DNA of 43,465 bases from Alphaproteobacteria bacterium (GCA_034665805.1 JAXDMY010000011.1:1-43465); one strand, 5' to 3'. Positions 1 to 8,447 are shown, counted from the stretch's first letter. Made by a program: numbers and translations. The notes: generated from the sequence alone by a model not told the origin.

Positions 1-1018
1 AAAACACGACGCCCGACATGATCGCGAACAGGGCCGGATTGTCCCTGGTCGCTAGCATCACCCACACCGCCACCGCTTCCATGGCGAAGGCGATAAACAT
101 GGTGTTCTCGCGGCCGATATTGTCCGACACCCAGCCGAAGAAGGGCCGCGTCAGGCCATTGGCGATGCGCTGCAGCGTCAGCGCAAAGGGCAGCGCCGCC
201 ATGCCCGCGATGGCAACCTCCGCGATGCCGAAATCGCGCATGACGGGGCCGAATTGCGACACGACCATCAGGCCGCCGGTCGACATCATCGTCATCATCG
301 CGAACATCAGCCAAAAGATCGGCGTCCGCAGCATCTGCAGAGGCGAATAGTCTTTGGTCGCACTGACAAAAGGCATGGACGCGGCGCGAAGGTGGATTTC
401 ATCGGGACGCGGCGCGCGCAAGCCCAAAGCCGCGCACACGCCGACGGCACCAAACAACAAGCCAAAGGTGATCAGCGTCGGGCGGTGGCCGGAGGCTTTC
501 AGCATCATGTCGATGGGAAAGGTCGTCAGAATCGCGCCGAACCCATAGCCCGCCGCTGCGAGGCCGACAGCGAAGCCCCGGCGATCGGGAAACCATTTCA
601 CCATCAGGCCGATGATGCCGATATAGACGATGCCTGTGCCGAATCCGCATAAGCCGCCATAGGAAAGATAAAGAGCCCAAGCCGTGGTCGCCTGGGCGGA
701 AAGCACAAAGCCGAGTCCCGTCAGCGCAGCGCCCGTGGCGATGAGGAATTTCGGGCCGAACCGATCCACCAGCCAACCCTGCAGCGGCGCGAGCCAGGTC
801 TGCAGTACGATCAGCACCGAAAAGGTGATCTGGATAGCGGGCAGGCTCGCCCCTGTCGCGGCCTGGAACGGCGCGACAAACAGCGTCCACACATATTGCG
901 GACTCGAGATCGACATCATCGCGATCAAGCCGAGGAGCAGCTGGACCCATCTTGTGGCCGGAATGGCCGGTGCAATTTCGCGCGCATCCCTCGCGGACGC
1001 TTCCTTCGCCAATGACAT
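1..1018 (-). CDS. MFS transporter, oxalate/formate antiporter (OFA/OxlT-like) family; C-terminus runs off the left window edge
   Basis: Absent from the ORF track because its stop lies outside the window. Hand translation of the reverse strand: ATG at 1018..1016, frame open down to nt 2 (339 codons; I checked every in-frame triplet and found no stop). N-terminus MSLAKEASARDAREIAPAIPATRWVQLLLGLIAMMSISSPQYVWTLFVAPFQ; later ...FGWVSDNIGRENTMFIAFAMEAVAVWVMLATRD. Hydrophobic helices and SPQYVW / GWxSDxxGR motifs are typical of OFA-family MFS proteins. AGGGG lies 7 nt upstream of the ATG. Confidence 0.75.
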   Translation of the reverse strand, partial: MSLAKEASARDAREIAPAIPATRWVQLLLGLIAMMSISSPQYVWTLFVAPFQAATGASLPAIQITFSVLIVLQTWLAPLQGWLVDRFGPKFLIATGAALTGLGFVLSAQATTAWALYLSYGGLCGFGTGIVYIGIIGLMVKWFPDRRGFAVGLAAAGYGFGAILTTFPIDMMLKASGHRPTLITFGLLFGAVGVCAALGLRAPRPDEIHLRAASMPFVSATKDYSPLQMLRTPIFWLMFAMMTMMSTGGLMVVSQFGPVMRDFGIAEVAIAGMAALPFALTLQRIANGLTRPFFGWVSDNIGRENTMFIAFAMEAVAVWVMLATRDNPALFAIMSGVVF

Positions 1019-1101
1019 GCGGGGGCCCCTCGACCGACTGCTCTATGGTGTGGAGCTTATGCCAAGGAGGCGCCAAACCCCAACCGCTACGCCACAGCGA
1101 T

Positions 1102-1908
1102 TTACGCGCCTTTGAAGACCGGCAGCCTTTTCTCACGGAACGCCATCACGCCCTCGGCAAAATCCTGGGTCTTCCCCGCGAGGGTTTGAAGCTCGGCTTC
1201 CAGTTCCAGCTGCTCCTCATAGCTGTTGTCCAGACTGTCCCAATAGGCCCGGCGAATGAGGGACAGCGTCGCGGTCGGCCGCTGCGTGAGTTCGGTGGCG
1301 AGGGCCTTTGCCGCGTCCAGCAGTCTATCGTCATCATGGACCTGATTGATGAGTCCCCAGGCAAGCGCCTTCTCTGCCGGCACCCGTTCGGCAAGGATCA
1401 CCAGCTCCTTAGTCCGCGCCATGCCGATGATGCGCGGAAGCAACCAGGGGGCACCCCCGTCGGGTACGAGCCCAATGCGGGAAAAGGTAAGCTGGAAGAA
1501 TGCGCTGCGCGCAGCGAGGATGACATCGCCCATCAGCGCAAGGCAAAGACCGAAACCGAGCGTCGGCCCATTGATCGCAATGAGCAGGGGCATCTTGAAA
1601 TTGCGCATCTGGCGCAGCACCGGATAGTAGCTCGCCCGCAGCACGCGCCCGAGATCGCCCTGCCCCAGAATGTCGCCCGGCCCCGTGGTGGTAAGGTTCG
1701 CCCCGGAGCAGAAGGCGCGGCCATTGCCGGTCAGAATCGCGCAGCGGAAGCCATGCTCGGGTTTTTCAATGTGCGAGAGTGCTTGGGACAGACCGCCCAT
1801 CATGCGCGGTGAAATCGCGTTGAGGGTTTTCGGATCGTTCAGCCGGAGGATCGCGACGCGCTCTTCCGCTTCCACAATGATGTCGTCGAATGCCGTCGTC
1901 GTGCTCAT
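1102..1908 (-). CDS. enoyl-CoA hydratase/isomerase (crotonase) family protein
   Basis: 268-aa ORF. Crotonase-fold motifs AILTGNGRAFCSGANL and INGPTLGFGLCLALMGDVILAA. GAGG precedes the ATG. Starts 7 nt after the stop of the upstream flavoprotein gene. Confidence 0.85.
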   Translation of the reverse strand: MSTTTAFDDIIVEAEERVAILRLNDPKTLNAISPRMMGGLSQALSHIEKPEHGFRCAILTGNGRAFCSGANLTTTGPGDILGQGDLGRVLRASYYPVLRQMRNFKMPLLIAINGPTLGFGLCLALMGDVILAARSAFFQLTFSRIGLVPDGGAPWLLPRIIGMARTKELVILAERVPAEKALAWGLINQVHDDDRLLDAAKALATELTQRPTATLSLIRRAYWDSLDNSYEEQLELEAELQTLAGKTQDFAEGVMAFREKRLPVFKGA

Positions 1909-1915
1909 AGTGGCC

Positions 1916-3076
1916 TCATCTGGACAGCGTTTCTTTCTGCGCCTGCGCCTCGTAAGCCGTGACGAATGCCGGAGAGGTCTTGCGGAGACGCTCCAAATCG
2001 ACTCGGCCCGAGCGCGTAATGTAGCTCATGGCGAAGTCCAGCGGCGCAAGCCGCATATGGCCGGCAAAATGCTCGTACCACTCCGCGCTGGCATTCGCCG
2101 CCGCAATAAGCTTTTGCACAGCGGGTTTGCGCGCCTCCTCATAGGCGGCAAGCGCAGAGGGAATGTCGTCCGGATGGCTTTCCAGACTGTACGCAAGAGC
2201 GATCGCATCTTCCATTGCCAGGCGCGTGCCCGAACCGATGGAAAAATGCGCGGTGTGCAAGGCGTCGCCGACGAGCACGCAATTGCCCACAGACCAGCGT
2301 TGGCTCCAGATCCTTGGAAATTGCCGCCAGATCGATTTGTTGGAGATCAGAGGCGCGCCGCCCAGTGTCTCGGCGAACACGCGCTGGCAAAATTCCCGCG
2401 CCGCGTCCGCATCCATCGTATCGAGGCCGCACCGGAAGAACGTCGCCTCATCGGTTTCGATGACAAAAGTGCTCATGCCAGGTGCGTGACGATGGTGATG
2501 CGCATTGAAGACGCCGTCGGGCGTTTCGATGAAGGTGTGGCTGAGCGCGTCGAAGCGTCTTGGCGTGCCATACCAGGCAAAGCGATTGGTGCAGAGCTCG
2601 ACGCTCGTGCCGAAATCCGCTTCTTTGCTCTTGCGCAGAAGCGAATTGGCTCCATCGGCCCCAACGATCAGATCGGCCTCGCCGAGTTCATCGACGGAGA
2701 CAAGCTGACGCCGATAGAATGGTTCGATTCCAACCGCGCGCGCGCGCGCCTGAAGGATCTCGAGCAGGCGCAGGCGGCCGATTCCGGCATATCCCATGCC
2801 GTCGATGCGAATGACCGCGCCCTTGAGATCAAGGATGCTGTCGCTCCAGAATTCCAGCGCAGGCTGCAGGGCAGCCCATGTTTCTGCATCCTCCCGTTTC
2901 AGGAACTCGAGAGCCTGCTCCGAGAAAGCAAGGCCGAAGCCGAAGGTTGCGTCGGGAGGATTCTGTTCGATGATCTCGATATGAAGATCGGCGCGGACGC
3001 GCTTCAGCAAATAGGCCAGATAGAGTCCCGCTGGACCCGTGCCGACAATGACCACGCGCGGGCGCGCCTTGCGCAT
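1916..3076 (-). CDS. FAD-dependent monooxygenase, stand-alone; resembles the monooxygenase half of aryl-CoA hydroxylases (salicylyl-CoA 5-hydroxylase / 2-aminobenzoyl-CoA monooxygenase type)
   Basis: 386 aa. N-terminal Rossmann VVIVGTGPAGLYLAYLL, then DATFGFGLAFSEQAL, DLIVGADGANS and CVLVGDALHTAHFSIGSGTRLAMEDA. The subfamily call is from recollection of these families, not a search. Confidence 0.7.
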   Translation of the reverse strand: MRKARPRVVIVGTGPAGLYLAYLLKRVRADLHIEIIEQNPPDATFGFGLAFSEQALEFLKREDAETWAALQPALEFWSDSILDLKGAVIRIDGMGYAGIGRLRLLEILQARARAVGIEPFYRRQLVSVDELGEADLIVGADGANSLLRKSKEADFGTSVELCTNRFAWYGTPRRFDALSHTFIETPDGVFNAHHHRHAPGMSTFVIETDEATFFRCGLDTMDADAAREFCQRVFAETLGGAPLISNKSIWRQFPRIWSQRWSVGNCVLVGDALHTAHFSIGSGTRLAMEDAIALAYSLESHPDDIPSALAAYEEARKPAVQKLIAAANASAEWYEHFAGHMRLAPLDFAMSYITRSGRVDLERLRKTSPAFVTAYEAQAQKETLSR

Positions 3077-3077
3077 G

Positions 3078-3527
3078 TCACGCCTTGCAGAGCGTGGCGC
3101 CTGTGGGATCCGACAGGCTCGCCATGATTTCCCTGGGAATCGGCTGCGCCTTGATCTTGCCCGGATGATCCGGATCGGCAGTCGCCCAGACCCGCTTCTC
3201 GATAGCCTCCACCGCGAGATCGCCCGCCTTCAGGATGCGGTGGCGGACCGTGAAGCTCGTGCGCCCCCACTCACTCACTTCGCTCTCGACGACGATCTCC
3301 TCGTCGAAGTGGCAGGGACTCACGAACCGGGCACCTTGTTCTATCAATGGCATTCCAAGAATGCCGTAGATCTTGCGCATCTCCGAAGGCGACAGACCGG
3401 TGCGCGCAAACAAGAGGCCCGTGCTGGTATCGAAAATGGTCAGATATTGTGGATAGAAGACGATGCCCGCCGGATCGCATTGTCCCCATTCGATGGTCAG
3501 CGTACGGCGATTGATAAGAGTGGCCAT
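3078..3527 (-). CDS. acyl-CoA thioesterase, 4HBT/YbgC hotdog family
   Basis: 149 aa. N-terminal WGQCDPAGIVFYPQY (catalytic Asp context of 4HBT-type hotdog thioesterases). AGGA precedes the ATG. Only 1 nt separates its stop from the next gene's start. Confidence 0.75.
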   Translation of the reverse strand: MATLINRRTLTIEWGQCDPAGIVFYPQYLTIFDTSTGLLFARTGLSPSEMRKIYGILGMPLIEQGARFVSPCHFDEEIVVESEVSEWGRTSFTVRHRILKAGDLAVEAIEKRVWATADPDHPGKIKAQPIPREIMASLSDPTGATLCKA

Positions 3528-3546
3528 GCGTCATCCTGCCTGGATT

Positions 3547-4884
3547 CTATGCGAACACCAACAGCGCGCCGCCATAGATCACAAGGCCGACGAGAAGGGC
3601 CATCACGCAATAGCCCATGATGTCCTTGATGCCCAGCCCGGCAATCGCAAGCACGGGAAGCGCCCAGAAGGGCTGGATCATGTTCGCCGTCTGCTCGCCC
3701 ATTGCGGTCGCCATGGCGGTGAGCGCCGGATCGACACCGAGATTCACCGCCGCCGGAACCATGAAGGGCCCCTGCACGGCCCAGTGGCCGCCGCCCGATG
3801 GAACGAACAGGCTGATGATGTTCGACGAGATGAAAGACCAGAAAGGCAGCGTGCGCTGCGTCGAGAACGCGACGAAGGCTTCGGCGATGACAGCCGCCAG
3901 ACCCGTTCCGGTCATCATGCCCATGATGCCGCCATAGAGCGGAAATTGCAGCAGGATCGGGCCCACGGTGCGAGCGGCTTTGTTGAAGGCGCGCACATAG
4001 CGGATGGGCCGCCAATGGAAGATGAGCCCCAGCATCAGAGCGATGAAGATCATGCCGTTGATGTCGAGCGTGAAACCCCGCGTGGCGATGATATTCGCTT
4101 CATACGCGATGCCCATGGCGACAAGCAGGAGCGTGAACAGGGGCGTGTCTTCGAGCACGCTGGCGAAATTCTTGGGGCGCGATTCGGGTTCGGGGGACGC
4201 GTCCTGGCGCTTTAGGAGCTCGGGGTCGATGCGCTTCATCTCCGTTTCGCCGGGCGCGATGGCAACCAGCATCAGCGGGATCAGGCAGAAGACCAGTATC
4301 GTTGGAACCAGATTGTAAGCGGTGAAGATGGTTTCGTTCAGTCCGGCGACGCGCCCCGTCACCTTCTCGATGATGTTGAGGGCGCTGCCGGGCGTCGCGG
4401 AGGCAAGCGCGATGGAGCTCGAAAGGCCCGAGGCCCAAACCATATTTCCCATATAGGCGACCGCGACGAGCAGGCCGAAATCGACGTCGCGAATGCGCTT
4501 GGCCATCTCGCGCGCCAGCAGCGCACCCACCACCAACCCGAATCCCCAATTCAGAAAATTGGCGAACGCGCCGACCAGGAACAGCGTGACCACGGCGCCC
4601 GATTGACGCACGGGTATGGCTGCAACCCGTTCGAGCAAGCGCCTTACCGGCGGCGCATCGGCGAGCGCCACGCCCGTCGAAAGGATCAACGCCATCTGCA
4701 TGGCAAAGGCGAGAATCGCCCAGATGCCGTCATACCAGGAGGTAACGATCTTGATCGCATCCGACCCCGTCCAGATGAACGCAGCAGCAGCGGTCACGAA
4801 AGTCAGGATCAGCGCGTAGATATAGGGATCGGGAATGTAGCGCTCGGCATAGTGAACGAAGATGCGGGTGAGGCGGCGCAGCAT
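3547..4884 (-). CDS. atoE: short-chain fatty acid transporter (AtoE family)
   Basis: 445 aa, polytopic. Colinear with E. coli AtoE as I recall it: YIPDPYIYALILTF, MQMALILSTGVALA, VPSGGGHWAVQGPFMVPAA, GEQTANMIQPFWALPVLAIAGLGIKDIMGYC. Confidence 0.85.
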   Translation of the reverse strand: MLRRLTRIFVHYAERYIPDPYIYALILTFVTAAAAFIWTGSDAIKIVTSWYDGIWAILAFAMQMALILSTGVALADAPPVRRLLERVAAIPVRQSGAVVTLFLVGAFANFLNWGFGLVVGALLAREMAKRIRDVDFGLLVAVAYMGNMVWASGLSSSIALASATPGSALNIIEKVTGRVAGLNETIFTAYNLVPTILVFCLIPLMLVAIAPGETEMKRIDPELLKRQDASPEPESRPKNFASVLEDTPLFTLLLVAMGIAYEANIIATRGFTLDINGMIFIALMLGLIFHWRPIRYVRAFNKAARTVGPILLQFPLYGGIMGMMTGTGLAAVIAEAFVAFSTQRTLPFWSFISSNIISLFVPSGGGHWAVQGPFMVPAAVNLGVDPALTAMATAMGEQTANMIQPFWALPVLAIAGLGIKDIMGYCVMALLVGLVIYGGALLVFA

Positions 4885-4891
4885 GATGCCT

Positions 4892-5905
4892 CTACTCGAC
4901 CCGGTATTTTTTCTTCAACGCGTCGAAGAAACCTTCGCGCCGCAATTCTTCGATCAGGCTGGCATCGACATAATCGGCGACATTGGTGCTTTTCACCGGC
5001 GTGCCGAGCGCGGGGAGTTCCTTCAGCATGGTCTCCGCTCCGGCCCGGGAGGGAGCCGCGTCGCGTGGCACGCGTGCCTTGAAATCCTCATAGGTCGCCT
5101 CGATGACGGCAGGCGGGAAATCCTTGAATTGCCCCGCAAGAAGCATTTTTGCGCGGGGGCCATCGGAGAGCGCAACATAGATGGCTTCGACATAGGCGCG
5201 TAGGAAATCCTTCACCGCCTCGCGGTGCGCGGCCAGATAGCGCCGGTCCACCACGATAGCGGTGAAAATCCAGGGCAGATCAGCCTTCAGATTCACCAAC
5301 AGCGGCAGACCCTCGCGCTGGGCCTGCGTGTCGGCCGGCTCGTTCAAAGCGGTGGCGGCGAGTGCACCGGATTTCAGCGCGTCGAGTCGCTTCAGCGTGC
5401 CGCCCGCCTCCACAACCGACACGTCGCTGCGCGTGAGCCCGAGCTGTTTCAGCGCCATGGATGCCGCGCTGTCGGATTCCGAGCCGAACGTGCTGACGCC
5501 GATCTTCTTGCCCTTCAGCGAAGCGGCGTCCGCGACTCCCTTGGCCCCAAAAAAGCGGAAGCTCATCGTGTTGGCCCCCGACGCGATCAGGCGATAGTCG
5601 CCTTTCTTTCCGTTCGCATCGATCACCGATGAGAGGCCCACGGTCATAGCCTCGAGCCGCCCTGCGCCCACTTCGGCGAGCCCGCGGCTGCCGCCATCCG
5701 TGTTCACGATCTCGACGGCGAGACCGCGCGCCCTGAACAGGCCCGCCTCCTGCCCCATCCACAAGGGAAGCATGTTGACGGTCGGCGCTGCGATGCCGAC
5801 CTTGAACGGAGTCGCCGGCGCCGCGCCCACCGGCGCGGCAGCGGCAAGGACAACCATCGCCGCAACGAAACATGCAATCGCGCGGATCGACCGGCTTGGA
5901 TTCAT
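4892..5905 (-). CDS. periplasmic substrate-binding protein, NMT1/THI5 (NitT/TauT-like) type; no cognate permease or ATPase in the window
   Basis: The track ORF 4892..6079 has an Arg-rich, implausible N-terminal extension. The internal ATG at 5905 gives MNPSRSIRAIACFVAAMVVLAAAAPVGAAP (signal peptide), followed by FKVGIAAPTVNMLPLWMGQEAGLFRARGL. It starts 8 nt after the upstream stop. Confidence 0.7.
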   Translation of the reverse strand: MNPSRSIRAIACFVAAMVVLAAAAPVGAAPATPFKVGIAAPTVNMLPLWMGQEAGLFRARGLAVEIVNTDGGSRGLAEVGAGRLEAMTVGLSSVIDANGKKGDYRLIASGANTMSFRFFGAKGVADAASLKGKKIGVSTFGSESDSAASMALKQLGLTRSDVSVVEAGGTLKRLDALKSGALAATALNEPADTQAQREGLPLLVNLKADLPWIFTAIVVDRRYLAAHREAVKDFLRAYVEAIYVALSDGPRAKMLLAGQFKDFPPAVIEATYEDFKARVPRDAAPSRAGAETMLKELPALGTPVKSTNVADYVDASLIEELRREGFFDALKKKYRVE

Positions 5906-5913
5906 ATCCAAAA

Positions 5914-7167
5914 CTATGCCACGCGCGCCGGCGCGATATGATCCCGGGTGATCGATTTGATGTTCGGCGTGCCGGTCAGCTGCATCACGATGTAGAGGTC
6001 GTCGCGCAAATATTCGAGCACGCTCTGCGCACCGAGATGCCCGCCAAGCGCCAGGCCGTACAGAATCGGCCTGCCGCAAGCGACCACGTCCGCACCAAGC
6101 GCCAGCGCGCGAAACACGTCCTGGCCGCGCCGGATGCCGGAATCATAGATGATCGGCACGCGCCCTTTCACGGCATCGGCGATGCGCGGAAGCACGGTGA
6201 TCGCCGCCGGCACTCCGTCCAAAGCGCGGCCGCCATGATTGGAGACATAGACCGCGTCGATGCCGCGCTCGACCGCCTGCATCGCGGTCACGGGCGACAT
6301 GACGCCCTTCACGACGACGGGAAGCCCCGTTTCCTGCTTGATCCAGAGCATGTCGTCCCAATTGAGGTCGACCTTGCGCACGCTCATCATCTGCGCCGCC
6401 TTGACGGGATCGTGTTCGTTCAGCGGCGCATTGCCTTTGCCCAGCGAGATGGGAATGCGGAAATCGTTGCGGATGTTGTTGTCGCGCGGATAGGCGAGCG
6501 TGGAATCGATGGTCGGGACGATCGCAGTGTAGCCCGCTGCTTTGGCGCGCATGATGACTTCACGCGCATAGCCGCGGTCGGCGGGGAAATAGAGCTGCAT
6601 CCATTTCGGTCCCGGATTGGCCATCGCCACCTCTTCGAGGGGCACGTTCGATTGCATGGAAAGGACCATCAACGTCTTTACCGCGGCCACGGCCTGGGCG
6701 GTCCCAACTTCCTTTGACACATGCGCGAGGCCATGGCCCCCCATCGGAGGCACGATGATCGGGAAGGGAAGCTTGTGGCCCAATATGGTCGCCGACAGAT
6801 CGGGCTTCAGGACGCCCGAGAGGAAATGCGGCTCAATGCCGATCGCTTCCATGGCGCGCAAATTCTCGCGTTTGGTATATTCCGCGCCGGAGCCGCCGAA
6901 AATGTAGCCATAGCCGCCTTTGGGGAGAATTTTCTCCGCTTCGATCTCGAGCTCGGCGGTGTTGATGATCTTCAGCTTCTTCACTTCAGTGCCGCCGGTA
7001 TATTGGATCTTCTCATCGCCGGTGAGCACGCTGCCGCCGCGCGCTTCACCCGGGCCGGGCGTAGCAGCCGCGACTTGCGTCGCCTGGGCCAATGCCGGCG
7101 TCGCCGCCGCCACCGCTGCCGCCGCCAATGTTCCATTCACAAGAAAATCGCGCCGCTGCACGTCCAT
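5914..7167 (-). CDS. FMN-dependent alpha-hydroxy acid dehydrogenase/oxidase (LldD/glycolate oxidase family) with a twin-arginine signal peptide
   Basis: Family motifs PFPIIVPPMGGHGL, VVVKGV, VYVSNHGGRALDG, IIYDSGIRRGQDVFRALALGAD. The start was moved from the track's 7185 to the ATG at 7167 because GGGGAGGAA lies about 5 nt upstream of it. Resulting N-terminus: MDVQRRDFLVNGTLAAAAVAAATPALAQA (Tat motif RRxFLxxG plus AxA site). Confidence 0.8.
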   Translation of the reverse strand: MDVQRRDFLVNGTLAAAAVAAATPALAQATQVAAATPGPGEARGGSVLTGDEKIQYTGGTEVKKLKIINTAELEIEAEKILPKGGYGYIFGGSGAEYTKRENLRAMEAIGIEPHFLSGVLKPDLSATILGHKLPFPIIVPPMGGHGLAHVSKEVGTAQAVAAVKTLMVLSMQSNVPLEEVAMANPGPKWMQLYFPADRGYAREVIMRAKAAGYTAIVPTIDSTLAYPRDNNIRNDFRIPISLGKGNAPLNEHDPVKAAQMMSVRKVDLNWDDMLWIKQETGLPVVVKGVMSPVTAMQAVERGIDAVYVSNHGGRALDGVPAAITVLPRIADAVKGRVPIIYDSGIRRGQDVFRALALGADVVACGRPILYGLALGGHLGAQSVLEYLRDDLYIVMQLTGTPNIKSITRDHIAPARVA

Positions 7168-7251
7168 CTGTTCCTCCCCTTGCATCGCGCCCGATAAGCG
7201 CGAACCGGGCGGTACTCTACCCGAAAAAACTGAGCTTGGCCGATGCGCGTT

Positions 7252-7860
7252 TTAGGAAACGGACGAGAAGCGCTTTTCCAACCGGTCGAGCAGCGCGCCC
7301 TCATCCAGACCGAGCGCCTTGAGCCGCCCGGCCCGGGCGAGGACCGCAAGACCCGTCACGGCAGCCGCGGCCAGCACCACGTCGCCCTGCTCGTCACGCG
7401 TCCTTAAGGTTCCTCGGCCGGTTGCTTCGGCAAACGCCGTCAATGCCGCTATCAGTCTGCCGTTGAACAATCTTTCGGCCTCGGAAGGCGCATCGGCGCC
7501 TTCCAGTGTAGCCGCGGCGGCCGGCAGCGCCCCGCTGACACGCATGATGTCGAGCGCCGCTTTCGCAGCCGCAGCAAAGGCTCCCGGTCCCCCTTCCTTG
7601 CCCGCGGCCGATTCGCGAACGGCCCGCGCCAGGCTCCCCATATCTTCGGCGGCAAGGGCCAGCACCAATTCTGCCCGGTTGCGGAAATATTCATAGACGG
7701 AAGCGGGCGCATAGCCGGCCTCCCCCGCGACGGCGCGCAAGGACAATTCGCCGGCGTCCTCGCGGGTTGCAACGCGCCGCGCCGCTTCCAGGATCGCCGT
7801 GCGATTGGCCGCACGCTGCCGGCTACGCCTCTCGGTACGACGGGAAAGCGCCTCGCTCAT
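7252..7860 (-). CDS. TetR/AcrR family transcriptional regulator
   Basis: 202 aa. N-terminal helix-turn-helix ILEAARRVATREDAGELSLRAVAGEAGYAPASVYEYFRNRAELVLAL. It is the first gene of the co-directional cluster. Confidence 0.85.
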   Translation of the reverse strand: MSEALSRRTERRSRQRAANRTAILEAARRVATREDAGELSLRAVAGEAGYAPASVYEYFRNRAELVLALAAEDMGSLARAVRESAAGKEGGPGAFAAAAKAALDIMRVSGALPAAAATLEGADAPSEAERLFNGRLIAALTAFAEATGRGTLRTRDEQGDVVLAAAAVTGLAVLARAGRLKALGLDEGALLDRLEKRFSSVS

Positions 7861-7917
7861 TGGCGCATGATAAGCGATTCTCGAGATAGGGTTTCATGCG
7901 AAGTGCGCCGGCGCGCC

Positions 7918-8004
7918 TTGCGCGCCTTCGGTTATTCTGCGTGCGAGGCACGCGGGCGCACTTTGCGCGCCTTAGGTTATTCTGCGTGCGAGGCACGCGG
8001 GCGC
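7918..8004. repeat. two tandem copies (45-bp period) of a 42-bp element, each containing a GCGTGC-GAG-GCACGC hairpin
   Basis: TTGCGCGCCTTCGGTTATTCTGCGTGCGAGGCACGCGGGCGC at 7918-7959 recurs at 7963-8004 with one mismatch (C/A). Internal 6-bp-stem hairpins at 7939-7953 and 7984-7998. A perfect 10-bp palindrome GCGCCGGCGC at 7905-7914 precedes them. The element lies between the tetR start and the terminator of the upstream gene. Confidence 0.8.
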
Positions 8005-8010
8005 CTCGCA

Positions 8011-8046
8011 AAACAAAGCGGCCCACGGGGCCGTGCCCGGGGCCGC
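8011..8046 (-). terminator. Rho-independent terminator of the small secreted-protein gene / AKR-SDR-patatin-methyltransferase unit
   Basis: GC-rich stem: 8018-8024 (GCGGCCC) plus 8026-8029 pair with 8036-8039 plus 8040-8046 (GGGCCGC). On the minus strand it is followed by TTTGTTT (8017-8011). It sits 24 nt downstream of the stop at 8070. Confidence 0.75.
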
Positions 8047-8069
8047 TCAAAACTCACGCAAAGGAAGGC

Positions 8070-8447
8070 TTACTTCGGGTGCGCCTGCTTATAGGCCGCG
8101 GCCGCCGCGTTGTACGCCTTTCCAACCGATTCCTTCAGCTTCTGGTTGGCATCGCCTTTGGCCTCAATCGCCTTCTTGATGGCAGGATCGAGCCCCTTCT
8201 TATTATCCTTATCGTCCTTGGCCGCATCGATCTGCGATTGCAGATCGGCGAGCAGGCAACTCTGGTAATCGTCGGAAGACTTGATGAAAGACACCACGTC
8301 CTTGTTCGCCTGAACCAGGTCGGAGACGGTCGCCGTCCGCCCATTGGGGACGACGGGCGCAATCGGCGCCGAACATTTGTCTTGCGCAAAAGCCGGCGCG
8401 GCCAGCATGACCAAAGCGACAGTGGATAGGCAAATTCCGCGGGTCAT
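8070..8447 (-). CDS. small secreted hypothetical protein (125 aa, two Cys, Lys/Asp/Ala-rich helical C-terminus)
   Basis: The internal ATG at 8447 is preceded by AAGGAG with 7-nt spacing. N-terminus MTRGICLSTVALVMLAAPAFAQDKCS is a signal peptide. The upstream part of track ORF 8070..8762 overlaps the methyltransferase gene and looks non-coding. Confidence 0.6.
   Translation of the reverse strand: MTRGICLSTVALVMLAAPAFAQDKCSAPIAPVVPNGRTATVSDLVQANKDVVSFIKSSDDYQSCLLADLQSQIDAAKDDKDNKKGLDPAIKKAIEAKGDANQKLKESVGKAYNAAAAAYKQAHPK

Noticed and set aside
1670-3127. 485-aa plus-strand ORF. Similar long antisense ORFs include 22868..24031(-), 31508..32749(-), 35238..36197(-), 37282..38433(-), 40323..41558(+) and 41649..42878(+).
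   Set aside because: Each lies fully antisense to a gene with strong family motifs. Their translations are Arg/Ala/Gly/Pro-rich with no recognisable motifs. This is typical of stop-codon-poor off-frames in high-GC DNA.
7918-8004. Possible CRISPR array
   Set aside because: There are only two repeat copies, directly abutting with a 3-nt junction and no unique spacers. No cas genes are in the window.
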